Shown one piece after another: positions 1 through 9,968 of a stretch of DNA of 64,000 nt. The notes below the pieces were generated by a model that was not told where the DNA came from, did not search any database, and saw nothing but the letters and a program-made list of their open reading frames with translations. This DNA comes from Gammaproteobacteria bacterium (lineage in GTDB: Bacteria; Pseudomonadota; Gammaproteobacteria; Eutrophobiales; Eutrophobiaceae), in the NCBI GenBank assembly GCA_047620145.1, contig JBLHKO010000003.1, positions 5,436 through 69,435 of the forward strand, written 5' to 3'. Position numbers and translations under genes: made by a program. Position 1 is the stretch's first letter. Every line of letters begins with the position of its first letter.

Positions 1-117
1 ATCTATGATAACCACACCTTCTGATTGATCATATAAGGCTTTGGCAGACACAGCATCGAGACAATTTATTTGTGCTTGTGCTTCGGCTATAAATTCACTC
101 GCAGGTTTTATCTTCAT
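1..117 (-). CDS. rhodanese-like domain protein, N-terminal fragment (gene runs off window start)
   Basis: My own minus-strand translation from the ATG at 117 gives MKIKPASEFIAEAQAQINCLDAVSAKALYDQSEGVVIID, open to the window edge. It resembles the start of single-domain rhodaneses but is too short to be sure. Confidence 0.3.
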   Translation of the reverse strand, partial: MKIKPASEFIAEAQAQINCLDAVSAKALYDQSEGVVIID

Positions 118-201
118 CTACGTCTTCCTTTCTGTATTATGGTCAGTATATACCTCAGTTAAATCATTCGAAAGTTTTCGTAAACTCTCAAGTCTATAAT
201 T

Positions 202-1626
202 TTAGACGGTCGTTTTTATTTTTATGATGTCATAGCAGGGAATATATTCATTGCCAGGAAGTTTCATTCTCTGCTGCTCGACAAATGATTTCAGCAAGGC
301 ATCAATTGATTCCATGATATGTATTTCACCCTGTATTTCAAAATTCCCATGTTGTTCAATTGTGATTATCCCTTCTTCCTTTACATTGCCAGCGACAATT
401 CCAGAGAAAGCACGTCTGAGATTTGCTGCGAGCAGGTACGGTGCTTGTTGCGTATTTAGTTTAAGTTTACGCATATTCTCATGTGTGGGTTTGAAAGGAG
501 TTTGCAGTTCCTGATTGATCTTAAGCAGCCAGTTAAAGTAACTGGCATCATCCTGTGCATGACGAAAGGCATGCACTTGATTTATGCCTTTGATCATTTC
601 TTCGGCGACATGTGCCGGATTACCAATAATAATTTTATAGCGTTGTTGTGCTTCAATGCCAAGTGTATCCACAATAAACTGATCAATGCGCGTGAAGTAT
701 TCTTTGGCACACTCAGGGCCGGTGAATATAAGCGGGTAGGGGATTGATGCGTTATCTGGGTGTAGGAGTATGCCGAGGATATACAAAATTTCTTCTGCGG
801 TTCCAACACCTCCCGGGAAAACAACAATACCGTGGGCTATACGGACAAACGCCTCCAGTCTTTTTTCAACATCCGGCATGATGACAAGATTATTGACGAT
901 TGGATTAGGTGATTCGGCAGCGATGATACCCGGTTCAGTAATACCAAGGTATTGGCCATCAGGAATATGTTGCTTGGCATGTCCAATGGTGGCACCTTTC
1001 ATCGGCCCTTTCATCGCCCCTGTACCGCAACCAGTGCAAATATCCATGATCCGTAAACCTAATTGATAGCCAACTTCCTTACTGTAGTCGTATTCTTCAC
1101 GCGTAATGGAATGGCCACCCCAACAGACAACCATGTTTGGATTATTTGTCTTGTCGAGAAGATTGGCATTTCTCAGAATATGGAAAACAGCATCAGTGAT
1201 TCCTTCTGAAATTTTCAGGTCATATTTTGGATTGTTATAGATTTCATCCCGGACATAAACAATGTCACGCAGGACAGCAAATAAATTTTCACTAATTCCT
1301 CTGATTATTTTGTCGCCAACAAAAGCGATTGCCGGGGCATTTTTCAACGTAAGTTTGATGCCCCGTTCTACTCTGGCGACTTGAATATCAAAGACTGGAT
1401 AGCGGTTGCGCAATTCTTTGCCGTCGTCGATATAACTGCTACTACTCAGTACGGCCAGCGCACATTTTTGAAATAATTCATGCAAATCTCCCTGGTTGAC
1501 ATTCAGAAGCCTGCTGATTTCTTTTTTTGAGAGCGTATTTAGATAGACTTTTGGTGACACGACTGTATCTATAACAGGATAGTCAGTGCTGTGATTTTTT
1601 ACTGAGCTCATTAATTCAGATACCAT
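202..1626 (-). CDS. ppnN: pyrimidine/purine nucleotide 5'-monophosphate nucleosidase (LOG family, YgdH/PpnN)
   Basis: 474 aa, colinear with E. coli PpnN as I recall it. Shared motifs: VVCWGGHSI, CTGCGTGAMKGPMKGA, FPGGVGTAEE (LOG motif), and the C-terminal RMKLPGNEYIPCY. Confidence 0.9.
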   Translation of the reverse strand: MVSELMSSVKNHSTDYPVIDTVVSPKVYLNTLSKKEISRLLNVNQGDLHELFQKCALAVLSSSSYIDDGKELRNRYPVFDIQVARVERGIKLTLKNAPAIAFVGDKIIRGISENLFAVLRDIVYVRDEIYNNPKYDLKISEGITDAVFHILRNANLLDKTNNPNMVVCWGGHSITREEYDYSKEVGYQLGLRIMDICTGCGTGAMKGPMKGATIGHAKQHIPDGQYLGITEPGIIAAESPNPIVNNLVIMPDVEKRLEAFVRIAHGIVVFPGGVGTAEEILYILGILLHPDNASIPYPLIFTGPECAKEYFTRIDQFIVDTLGIEAQQRYKIIIGNPAHVAEEMIKGINQVHAFRHAQDDASYFNWLLKINQELQTPFKPTHENMRKLKLNTQQAPYLLAANLRRAFSGIVAGNVKEEGIITIEQHGNFEIQGEIHIMESIDALLKSFVEQQRMKLPGNEYIPCYDIIKIKTTV

Positions 1627-2125
1627 TGTCGATCATTTTTTTATTTCGAATATGTATGGTTTTTTCAATACTGGCACAGATATCTCCTGTCTCATCAATT
1701 AGATCTAGAAAATAAACACGGTCAATCTTGTCAGTATATTGTAATTCTTTTTTTATCGTTTCAATTTCTTCATGAGAGATTATCGCCTTGCCATGAAGCG
1801 TTCCTTTGCCGGGCTTTTTAAAACGAATACTTGAGGCTTTATCCCAGACGATGTAATCATTTCCGATATTCTTGAGCACTAACAAAAAATAAAGAGCGTC
1901 GGTTGATGCAAACATACTACCGCCAAATATCGTGCCTACGTAATTTCGGGTACGCCAAGTTAAAGGTAATTTAAGATGGACTTCTTTATAGTCGGCAGCA
2001 AGGTAGGTCACTTTTGCCCCGGTCGACCAGAACGCAGGGAAAAGATTAAAAAAGATGCGATCTAGTCGCGATTTAGGAGATTCAGGCATGGCGATGTCGT
2101 TATTGATGTCTTTTATTTTTTCCAT
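1616..2125 (-). CDS. hot-dog fold thioesterase-like protein (DUF4442-like)
   Basis: 169 aa. NYVGTIFGGSMFASTDALY resembles the hot-dog fold substrate loop. It overlaps the ppnN start by 11 nt, so the two are probably co-transcribed. The family call is from memory only. Confidence 0.5.
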   Translation of the reverse strand: MEKIKDINNDIAMPESPKSRLDRIFFNLFPAFWSTGAKVTYLAADYKEVHLKLPLTWRTRNYVGTIFGGSMFASTDALYFLLVLKNIGNDYIVWDKASSIRFKKPGKGTLHGKAIISHEEIETIKKELQYTDKIDRVYFLDLIDETGDICASIEKTIHIRNKKMIDNGI

Positions 2126-2185
2126 GATGTTTCATAATCGCATTTAATGTATTATTTCTCTAATTAAATCAAACCCTTATATATT

Positions 2186-3256
2186 ATGGCTTCTGTGTTA
2201 CAAAACGATCGATTTATCCGGGCTTTATTGCGGCAACCCGTTGATGTTACACCTGTTTGGATGATGCGGCAGGCGGGGCGTTATTTACCTGAATACAGGG
2301 AAACACGTAAACGCGCAGGCAATTTTTTAAAGTTATGCAAGACGCCAGAGTTGGCCTGCGAGGTGACCCTGCAACCGCTTGCACGTTTTCCACTGGATGC
2401 GGCGATCCTTTTTTCGGATATTTTGACCATTCCTGATGCCATGGGCCTGGGTTTAAATTTGGTTGAGAAAGTTGGACCTCAGTTTGATAAACCCGTGAGG
2501 ACAGCAAGCGAGATTAGGGCGTTGTCAGTGCCTGATCCTGAGTCTGATCTGGGTTATGTGATGGACGCTGTCAGGCTGATACGAAATGAACTGGATGGTA
2601 GTGTGCCTTTGATTGGTTTTGCCGGTAGTCCCTGGACATTAGCAACGTATATGGTCGAGGGTGGGCCTACTAAGGAATTTGGTTTGGTGAAAGGCTTGAT
2701 GTATGAAGATCCTGAATCTATGCATCATTTGTTGAATGTTCTGGCAGATTCAGTTGCTTTGTATCTGAATGCACAGATAGCGGCAGGTGCTCAGGCAGTA
2801 ATGATATTTGACACATGGGGTGGGATTTTAACGCCAACGAGCTACCAACTATTTTCATTACAATATATGCAAAAGATTCTCAGTCAACTTGATCGGCAGC
2901 ATAATGGTCAAGTTATTCCAGTCACACTATTCACCAAAGGCGGTGGTGACTGGATGAAGGCAATTGCAGACACAGGTTGTGACGCAGTTGGTGTCGATTG
3001 GACAAAAAATCTGAGTGATGTTCGCGCTGAAGTCGGTGATCAAGTGGCTTTACAAGGTAATCTTGATCCATGTGTGTTGTACGCTTCGCCTGACGTGATC
3101 AGACAGGAAGTTGCCGTGGTACTTGAGAGTTTTGGTCATGGGAATGGTCATGTATTTAATCTAGGGCATGGCATACATCAACACATTGACCCGGAGAATG
3201 TGGCTGTATTTATCGATGCGGTGCATGAACTGAGCGGCCAATACCATACACCATGA
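2186..3256 (+). CDS. hemE: uroporphyrinogen decarboxylase
   Basis: 356 aa. The N-terminal [32 protein letters not shown] is the URO-D signature region. Length is typical. Confidence 0.95.
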   Translation: MASVLQNDRFIRALLRQPVDVTPVWMMRQAGRYLPEYRETRKRAGNFLKLCKTPELACEVTLQPLARFPLDAAILFSDILTIPDAMGLGLNLVEKVGPQFDKPVRTASEIRALSVPDPESDLGYVMDAVRLIRNELDGSVPLIGFAGSPWTLATYMVEGGPTKEFGLVKGLMYEDPESMHHLLNVLADSVALYLNAQIAAGAQAVMIFDTWGGILTPTSYQLFSLQYMQKILSQLDRQHNGQVIPVTLFTKGGGDWMKAIADTGCDAVGVDWTKNLSDVRAEVGDQVALQGNLDPCVLYASPDVIRQEVAVVLESFGHGNGHVFNLGHGIHQHIDPENVAVFIDAVHELSGQYHTP

Positions 3257-3284
3257 TCATTAACGAAAGTGGAAGCAACAATCT

Positions 3285-4202
3285 TTGAAAGCGACACTTA
3301 AAATTATTGCCAAAGGTTTTGGTATGGGTGCGGCTGATGTGGTGCCTGGGGTTAGTGGTGGGACGATGGCATTGATATTCGGGATTTATCCTCGACTTAT
3401 TAATGCGATCAAGTCTTTTGATATAGATTGGGTTAAAGCCATTGTTAAGTTTGATCTTGACGTTATTTTACATCGACCTCATTTCTCATTTTTGATTCCG
3501 CTGTTCATGGGGATTTTTGCTGCGATTTTATTTTTCACGCGAATTGTTCCGTTACCCGTTTTGATTCGAACTCATCCTGAAGCAATCTATGGATTATTCT
3601 TTGGCTTAATTCTGGGGTCGGTGCTGGTGCTTATGAAAGAAACGGGCAGTTGGTCATTTAAAGAATTTCGATTTATCATTGCAGGTGTTGCGCTTGGGTA
3701 TCTGATGTTTAACATGGTTCCTGTGGAGACACCAGATGCCAGTTGGTTTATCTTTTTAAGTGGTGCTGTCGCTATCAGTGCCATGATCTTGCCAGGTATT
3801 TCTGGCTCATTTATCTTATTGATGTTGAAAAAATATACCTATATTTTCAACGCGATTGGACATTTTAATTTTGTTGTTATTATTCCTTTTGTATTAGGAA
3901 TGATTACGGGTCTTGTATTGTTCAGCCGTGTATTGTCCTGGCTATTAAAAAAGTGGTATCAGGAAGCGTTATCAACAATCATAGGATTGTTGATAGCATC
4001 GTTATGTGTGATATGGCCATTTCAGGAACGCATGTACGAAATGGTCAGGGGTAAAGAAAGATTAATCGATACACAGCCCTATCTTCCACAGCAAATAACT
4101 GCTGAGGTCAATATTGCGGTAGGGATGATCATTTTAGGATTGTTACTGGTATTGGCCATAAACTATCTTTCCATAGGAAAAACATTGTCTGAAGAACTAT
4201 AG
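3285..4202 (+). CDS. DUF368 family polytopic membrane protein (family linked to polyprenyl-phosphate transport)
   Basis: 305 aa and highly hydrophobic. It has PGVSGGTMALIFGIY near the N-terminus and a second PGISGSFILL half-repeat typical of DUF368. The start codon is TTG. Confidence 0.8.
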   Translation: MKATLKIIAKGFGMGAADVVPGVSGGTMALIFGIYPRLINAIKSFDIDWVKAIVKFDLDVILHRPHFSFLIPLFMGIFAAILFFTRIVPLPVLIRTHPEAIYGLFFGLILGSVLVLMKETGSWSFKEFRFIIAGVALGYLMFNMVPVETPDASWFIFLSGAVAISAMILPGISGSFILLMLKKYTYIFNAIGHFNFVVIIPFVLGMITGLVLFSRVLSWLLKKWYQEALSTIIGLLIASLCVIWPFQERMYEMVRGKERLIDTQPYLPQQITAEVNIAVGMIILGLLLVLAINYLSIGKTLSEEL

Positions 4203-4253
4203 TTAATGTTGTAGACTTGAGCAGTATCTTCTTTGGGGAAGGAGAGTTGTCGA

Positions 4254-7088
4254 ATGCATCCAACTGAAGTTGTTGTCCATTTACCAGAAGTTGTCCTGAT
4301 CATCATGGTCTTGCTGACGGTTGCTATGCTGGCAGCTGGCATTTGTCATAATTTGCCTATTCCCTATACCGTTTTTTTGGTGATTATCGGGATTGTGCTG
4401 GGTTCATTTGCAAGGAACGAGGAATCTATGCATGTATTGCTGGATTTTCAACTGACCCCAGACATTGTTTTATTTTTATTTCTACCTGCTCTTATATTTG
4501 AATCTGCGTTTAACCTGAATGCCAGGCAATTGGTTAAGGACTTGTTTCCTGTTTTGGTTTTAGCTGTTCCTGCGTTATTGATCTCCACTGCCTTTATTGG
4601 TATTGGTCTATGGTTCTTTCTGGAGATGGATTTGGTCTTGGCACTTTTATTTGGTGCCTTAATATCAGCAACCGATCCGGTTGCTGTGATTTCACTATTT
4701 AAAGAGCTAGGGGCACCTGAAAGACTGACGATCCTGGTAGAAGGAGAGTCTTTGTTAAATGATGCAACGGCTATTGTTGTATTCAAGATTATTTTGTTGT
4801 TCGCACTCAGTGGTGCTGCATTCACCTGGACAGATGCAGGTGGTGCGGTATTCGATTTTTTTGAAGTCTTCGTCGGTGGGGCCCTGGTGGGTTTCGTGAT
4901 GGGGTTTGTTCTCAGTGAATTTTTACACAGATTATTTTCTAGTCTGAGCGCATTTATGATCATGACGATTGTCGTTGCATACTCAAGTTTTGTCGTTGCT
5001 GAACATACATTACATGTTTCGGGTGTTATGGCTGTTGTTGCTTCTGCTATAACGATGGGCATGTTATGGGTGCCGCGCATTTCTCAGAGCGCAATTCATA
5101 CAGTCAAGGAAACCTGGGAAGTCATCGCATTAATCAGTAATTCTCTGCTATTTTTGCTCGTCGGCTTATCTGTTGAGACAGGGAGTCTTATTGCCCGAAT
5201 GGACGCAATCGGCATTGCTATATTGTTGGTATTAGCCTCACGCGCAGCAACGATATATACCATGGTTCCTGCAACCATTAAATGGTTTTCCTTGCCTCAT
5301 GTCAGCCTTGGTGAACGACATATTATGTGGTGGGGAGGTCTGAAAGGAGGGCTGGCAATTGCAATTGTTTTATCGGTTCCTGAGGATCTTCCAGGCAGGG
5401 ACTTGTTGCTGGATTTAACATTAGGTGTCGTGATGTTTTCATTATTGGTGAATGCACCGACGATCAAACCACTGATACAAAAACTGGGAATAGATAAGTT
5501 AACTGATGATGAGTTGGCAGAACTGAAGCAGGGCATGGCGCATGCTGGAAAGGAGTCATCTACATTCATTAGTAGATTCTACAAGGCAGGGATTGTTTCA
5601 AGAAGTGTTGAGCAACTTATTCAGAAGAATACAGATGAAGTCTTTGCATCTGATGTCCCGGATATTCAGAAGGCGCAAGGGATAAGGCATTTACGTCTTA
5701 GTGCATTAAGAGCTGAATTTGATGAATTAAAGAAGTTGCATGATATTAATCTGATTCAACACTACACCTATCTGGATATTAGAAATAACATTCAGCGTGA
5801 CAGGGAAAGAATTATTGCTAATGAAAGCCCGGGAGACTCTACTGATATTAGCAGTAAAACAGGATTTTTCATGTCCATGGAAAATGCCTTGTTAAAAAGA
5901 ATAAGAGAGCATGACTGGGCCGCATGGTTTTTACATCGTTATCAAAACACACGCCTGGCGCATAGAATGCAGCGTGATTTTGCTGGTGTATTAATTTGCA
6001 CAGCAGTTCTGGAGATGCTTGAGACACATCTGGAAGTGGAGGCAGTAGAAAGAGAACAGATCGCTGAGAAGTATCGTGAACGTTTGCAAAGGAGACAATC
6101 CCGCTTGCGTGATATTGCTGTGGACTTCCCGGATTTTTACGCACGGTTTGAGACTAATTTGTTTACTAAGGTTGCGCTTACCTCAGCTCGATTGCATGCA
6201 GAAGAAGAGCACCATGATGGTGAGATAGGCGCAAAGGCGTTGACCTATATTGAAAGTATAATTCATGAAGCGATATCATCACTGCCCCCTATTACCGATG
6301 CTGCGCCCAGGCTTGATGCCAGTGATTTAATCGGGACAGTACCTTTATTAAATGGTTTACCGACTGCTGTGCTGGATCAACTTTCAGAATGTGCGAAGTC
6401 GGTTACATTTTTAGTAGGCGATATCGTAATTGGTGAAGGTGAACGAGGTGATGCGCTATACATAATTACGCATGGATCTTCATCTGTTTATAAGGGAGAT
6501 AAAGAAGTTGCTGTATTAAGTGATGGTGATTTTTTCGGCGAGATGGCCTTATTGGGAGATCAGGTACGTACAGCTACGGTCAAGGCGAAAACACCTTCTA
6601 CATTGTTGCGATTGAGAAGACGTGATGTCATGCTCCTCGCAGGAGAGGGTACAGAATTAAAACGTAGACTTACGGACATCAAAGATGAAAGGCAGACACA
6701 AACCGATTTGGTTGGCGTAGTTCCTCTTTTAAGTGGTCTCTCAGTAGAGGTATTAGAATTGGTTGTTGAGCAAACAATGTCGGTCGGGTTTAAACCCGGA
6801 GACTCTGTCATGATTGAGGGTGAGAGTGGCGACTCTATGTTTATCATCATTCATGGTGTGGTGTCTGTTTACAAAGGCGGTGACCTTATTGCAGAGCTCA
6901 AAGAGGGAGATTTCTTTGGTGAAATGGCCTTGCTTGGTGATCAGATACGTACCGCGACGGTAAAAATAAAAGAGCACACTGCATTATTAAAATTGAGCAG
7001 GTCAGATATTCTGCAGTTGGCTGAGACAAATCCTGAACTAAAAGAAAGACTGGAGGATGCCAAAGCCTCGAGAGAAATCGTTATTTAA
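4254..7088 (+). CDS. CPA1 (NhaP-type) Na+(K+)/H+ exchanger fused to two C-terminal cyclic-nucleotide-binding domains
   Basis: The N-terminal ~420 aa are polytopic and carry LISATDPVAVISLFKELG and ESLLNDATAIV exchanger motifs. A ~270-aa helical region follows. Two CNBDs each carry the phosphate-binding cassette FGEMALLGDQxRTATVK. I moved the start to the ATG at 4254, which sits behind GGAAGGAGAG. Confidence 0.85.
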   Translation: MHPTEVVVHLPEVVLIIMVLLTVAMLAAGICHNLPIPYTVFLVIIGIVLGSFARNEESMHVLLDFQLTPDIVLFLFLPALIFESAFNLNARQLVKDLFPVLVLAVPALLISTAFIGIGLWFFLEMDLVLALLFGALISATDPVAVISLFKELGAPERLTILVEGESLLNDATAIVVFKIILLFALSGAAFTWTDAGGAVFDFFEVFVGGALVGFVMGFVLSEFLHRLFSSLSAFMIMTIVVAYSSFVVAEHTLHVSGVMAVVASAITMGMLWVPRISQSAIHTVKETWEVIALISNSLLFLLVGLSVETGSLIARMDAIGIAILLVLASRAATIYTMVPATIKWFSLPHVSLGERHIMWWGGLKGGLAIAIVLSVPEDLPGRDLLLDLTLGVVMFSLLVNAPTIKPLIQKLGIDKLTDDELAELKQGMAHAGKESSTFISRFYKAGIVSRSVEQLIQKNTDEVFASDVPDIQKAQGIRHLRLSALRAEFDELKKLHDINLIQHYTYLDIRNNIQRDRERIIANESPGDSTDISSKTGFFMSMENALLKRIREHDWAAWFLHRYQNTRLAHRMQRDFAGVLICTAVLEMLETHLEVEAVEREQIAEKYRERLQRRQSRLRDIAVDFPDFYARFETNLFTKVALTSARLHAEEEHHDGEIGAKALTYIESIIHEAISSLPPITDAAPRLDASDLIGTVPLLNGLPTAVLDQLSECAKSVTFLVGDIVIGEGERGDALYIITHGSSSVYKGDKEVAVLSDGDFFGEMALLGDQVRTATVKAKTPSTLLRLRRRDVMLLAGEGTELKRRLTDIKDERQTQTDLVGVVPLLSGLSVEVLELVVEQTMSVGFKPGDSVMIEGESGDSMFIIIHGVVSVYKGGDLIAELKEGDFFGEMALLGDQIRTATVKIKEHTALLKLSRSDILQLAETNPELKERLEDAKASREIVI

Positions 7089-7096
7089 TAATATTT

Positions 7097-8656
7097 TCAA
7101 ACCTGAGATCTAGAAAAACTCCTCAGCCCAATAGAAGTGATTATCACCAACAGAAATGCACTGATAATTACTAACCAATTCCCAAATCTCGCATAAGGTG
7201 TTAACCCTTCAAAAGTTTTAATCTTACTGCTTAATACATGAGGAATGAATTGTGGTGAGCTTGCAGTGATAATTCCCTTTTCGTCAATGATGGCACTGAC
7301 GCCTGTGTTGGTGGAACGCAGCATATAACGACCCGTTTCCAGCGCGCGCATTCTTGCCATTTGCAGGTGTTGATGTGGTGCGATGGAATCACCAAACCAG
7401 GCGTCATTACTGATATTCACCAGAATCGTTGCTTCAGGTAATGCCCGGATAATTTCTTCACCAAATACATCTTCATAACAAATTGACACACCAATGATTT
7501 CATTGGCTGCGTGAACAACAGGTTTGAGATTGGGCCCTTCACTAAAATCAGACATTGGTATATTCATAAAATTGAGAATAGGTCTCAAAAATTTGTCAAA
7601 AGGTAAATATTCGCCGAAGGGTACCAGGTGTTGTTTGTAATAGATGTTATTGGTACTGCCGATGATGGTGATGCCGTTATAGAATTTATTTGAATCAAGA
7701 TCCTTAAAAGGGAGACCCACCAGGTAATCATGTTCTTTACGTTTTGCTGTGCTTGCCATTTGTTGAATAATTTCCTGAGCCTGATGGTAAAATACAGGAA
7801 TAGCTGTTTCTGGCCAGATGATCAATTGGCTATCGTGGTACTGTTCAGAAAGTGACAAATACAAATCAAGGGTTTTCTGCCTTTGTTCAGGCAGCCATTT
7901 ATCCTCTTGTGGAATAGCCCCCTGGACCAGAGCTACGGAAAATCCATTACTTTTTTCTATCGTCCAGTTAATTCCTCCTAATAAGCTTAAGGCAAACCAG
8001 AAAATAAATAATAAACTGATCAGAGCGATACTCACTCTCTTTGAAACTAAAAATAGAACAACTAGCAACGCTGATATCAATGCGGTAAACCAGCCTACAC
8101 CATAGACACCAAGTAACGGAGCCAGTGAAGATATGGGTGTGTCAATCTGACTGTAGCCTATATTTAGCCATGGGAAACCTAAGATTCCCCAAGAGCGAAA
8201 CCATTCCGACAACACCCACAGCGATGGTACGACAACAACAAAAGGGATAATGCCTTTACTGTTAAATAAACGCTGATAAATATAAGCAACCAAAGCTGGG
8301 TATAGAGAAAGATACGCGACTAATATGAAAGTGATGATATAAGAACCGACAAGATTCACGCCGCCAAATAAATTGATACTGATATGCAACCAGTTGACAC
8401 CCATACCAAACATGCCAAAACCAAAGGCATATCCAAAGAAACCTGAATGTTTGATGGTGCTGTAGAATACGGTATAAAAAAAATATGAAAGTGACAGGAT
8501 GGCGATGATGGAATAGTTGTAGGGTGAGAAAGCCAAAGGTAATAATGCACCTGACAGAAGGCAGCCTATAACTTTCAGGAAAAATATTTTTCGGGTATCG
8601 GTATGCAAATGATTAATCAGGTAGTTCCGGATCAATATCAGATAAATATTGTTCAA
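7097..8656 (-). CDS. lnt: apolipoprotein N-acyltransferase
   Basis: 519 aa with an N-terminal multi-TM region and a C-terminal CN-hydrolase domain (IIWPETA, VSICYEDVF). It is the last gene of the miaB-ybeZ-ybeY-corC-lnt cluster, as in E. coli. The 44-nt overlap with corC suggests the true start may lie further downstream. Confidence 0.9.
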   Translation of the reverse strand: MNNIYLILIRNYLINHLHTDTRKIFFLKVIGCLLSGALLPLAFSPYNYSIIAILSLSYFFYTVFYSTIKHSGFFGYAFGFGMFGMGVNWLHISINLFGGVNLVGSYIITFILVAYLSLYPALVAYIYQRLFNSKGIIPFVVVVPSLWVLSEWFRSWGILGFPWLNIGYSQIDTPISSLAPLLGVYGVGWFTALISALLVVLFLVSKRVSIALISLLFIFWFALSLLGGINWTIEKSNGFSVALVQGAIPQEDKWLPEQRQKTLDLYLSLSEQYHDSQLIIWPETAIPVFYHQAQEIIQQMASTAKRKEHDYLVGLPFKDLDSNKFYNGITIIGSTNNIYYKQHLVPFGEYLPFDKFLRPILNFMNIPMSDFSEGPNLKPVVHAANEIIGVSICYEDVFGEEIIRALPEATILVNISNDAWFGDSIAPHQHLQMARMRALETGRYMLRSTNTGVSAIIDEKGIITASSPQFIPHVLSSKIKTFEGLTPYARFGNWLVIISAFLLVIITSIGLRSFSRSQV

Positions 8657-9485
8657 TCTGATTCATTCGCATCAAATGAATTCTCCTTTTATCTGCACGT
8701 AAAACTTTAACATTAAAGCCTTCAAGCTCGATACTCTCGCCACGTTTTGGGACGTGACCAAATGCTTTCAAGGCTAAGCCACCGATGGTATCGTATTCGT
8801 CATCACTGAGTGTTGTGTTGAAAAATTCATTAAATTCATCAATAGGCGTCAACGCTGTAACAGTGTAACGATTACGACCATGTGGTTTGATATGATCTTC
8901 ATTGTCGATATCATGCTCATCTTCGATCTCACCGACGATCTCTTCTATTACGTCTTCCATGGTGACAAGCCCGGCTACGCCTGAATACTCATCAACAACA
9001 ATAGCCATATGGTTGCGATTTGATCGGAACTCTCGTAATAAAACATTAAGGCGTTTACTTTCAGGGACATAAAATGTTCTGCGCATAATGTCTTTAATAT
9101 TAAACTCAGTATTTTCCTGATCTGAAAAATAGTTTAATAAATCTTTAGCCAGAAGAATGCCTGTTATTTCGTCTGTATCACTACCTATAACAGGAAATCT
9201 TGAATGGCCTGACTCAACAACTGTTGCCAGTATATCTTCAGGTTCTGCATCATTTTTAACTACGATCATTTGCACGCGTGGAATCATAATATCTCGAACC
9301 TGCATTTCAGATACTTGTAATGCACCTTCAATCATGGTCAACGCATCATGATCCAGCAAGTTTCTGGTTTCTGAATTACGTAAAAGTTCAATCAATTCAT
9401 GTCTATTTTCAGGTTCACTTGAAAATAAAGAGATAAATCTTTTTAGTAAGCTTAGCTGACGTTTGTCAGAATTATTTTTACTCAT
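8613..9485 (-). CDS. corC: Mg2+/Co2+ efflux-associated protein CorC (CBS pair + CorC_HlyC domain)
   Basis: 290 aa. Tandem CBS region followed by the C-terminal transporter-associated domain. Conserved position after ybeY. Confidence 0.88.
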   Translation of the reverse strand: MSKNNSDKRQLSLLKRFISLFSSEPENRHELIELLRNSETRNLLDHDALTMIEGALQVSEMQVRDIMIPRVQMIVVKNDAEPEDILATVVESGHSRFPVIGSDTDEITGILLAKDLLNYFSDQENTEFNIKDIMRRTFYVPESKRLNVLLREFRSNRNHMAIVVDEYSGVAGLVTMEDVIEEIVGEIEDEHDIDNEDHIKPHGRNRYTVTALTPIDEFNEFFNTTLSDDEYDTIGGLALKAFGHVPKRGESIELEGFNVKVLRADKRRIHLMRMNQIEQYLSDIDPELPD

Positions 9486-9512
9486 GAGTGTTATATATTG
9501 AATTGTCTGGGT

Positions 9513-9968
9513 CTAGTTACTTAGATAAGGGTTCTTAATATTCAGTTCTTTCAGGATTCTAATTTCAAGATTTTCCATGCGATCAGCATCTTCAGAATTG
9601 ATATGATCAAAACCATTTAGGTGTAACACTCCGTGTACGACCATGTGTGCCCAATGTTCATGATTATCTTTGTTCTGTTCTATTGCTTCTCGATCTACTA
9701 CTGGAGCACAAATGACTATATCGCCAAGTAACTCCGGTGCGATTTCTTTTACCCCTTCATGGGGAAAAGATAGCACATTTGTGGGGCCAGTGGATTTTCT
9801 CCATTGTTCGTTAAGTTGAGATCCTTCTTCCTCATCAACAATACGGATGGTTAATTCAGCATTTTCTTTAAGGTCTTTTAATGCTGTTTCTACCCATTGT
9901 CTGAATTTATTTTCACCGGGGATATCAGGCCAGTCCGTCGCATACTGCACGTCAATATTAATGCTCAT
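9513..9968 (-). CDS. ybeY: rRNA maturation endoribonuclease YbeY
   Basis: Zinc-binding motif HGVLHLNGFDH. I moved the start to the internal ATG (MSINIDVQYA...), giving the usual ~150 aa. Confidence 0.9.
   Translation of the reverse strand: MSINIDVQYATDWPDIPGENKFRQWVETALKDLKENAELTIRIVDEEEGSQLNEQWRKSTGPTNVLSFPHEGVKEIAPELLGDIVICAPVVDREAIEQNKDNHEHWAHMVVHGVLHLNGFDHINSEDADRMENLEIRILKELNIKNPYLSN

Noticed and set aside
4448-5080. A 210-aa minus-strand ORF, plus further 60-96 aa ORFs, inside the antiporter gene.
   Set aside because: These lie opposite a well-supported membrane-protein gene. Their compositionally biased sequences (T/A/N/I-rich) have no start context. They are shadow ORFs.
8613-8656. 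The 44-nt overlap between the corC 3' end and the annotated lnt start, considered as possible translational coupling or a programmed event.
   Set aside because: The more likely explanation is that the longest-ORF rule over-extended lnt. In-frame TTG/CTG candidates lie just past the corC stop, and the conserved Lnt N-terminus begins after them.
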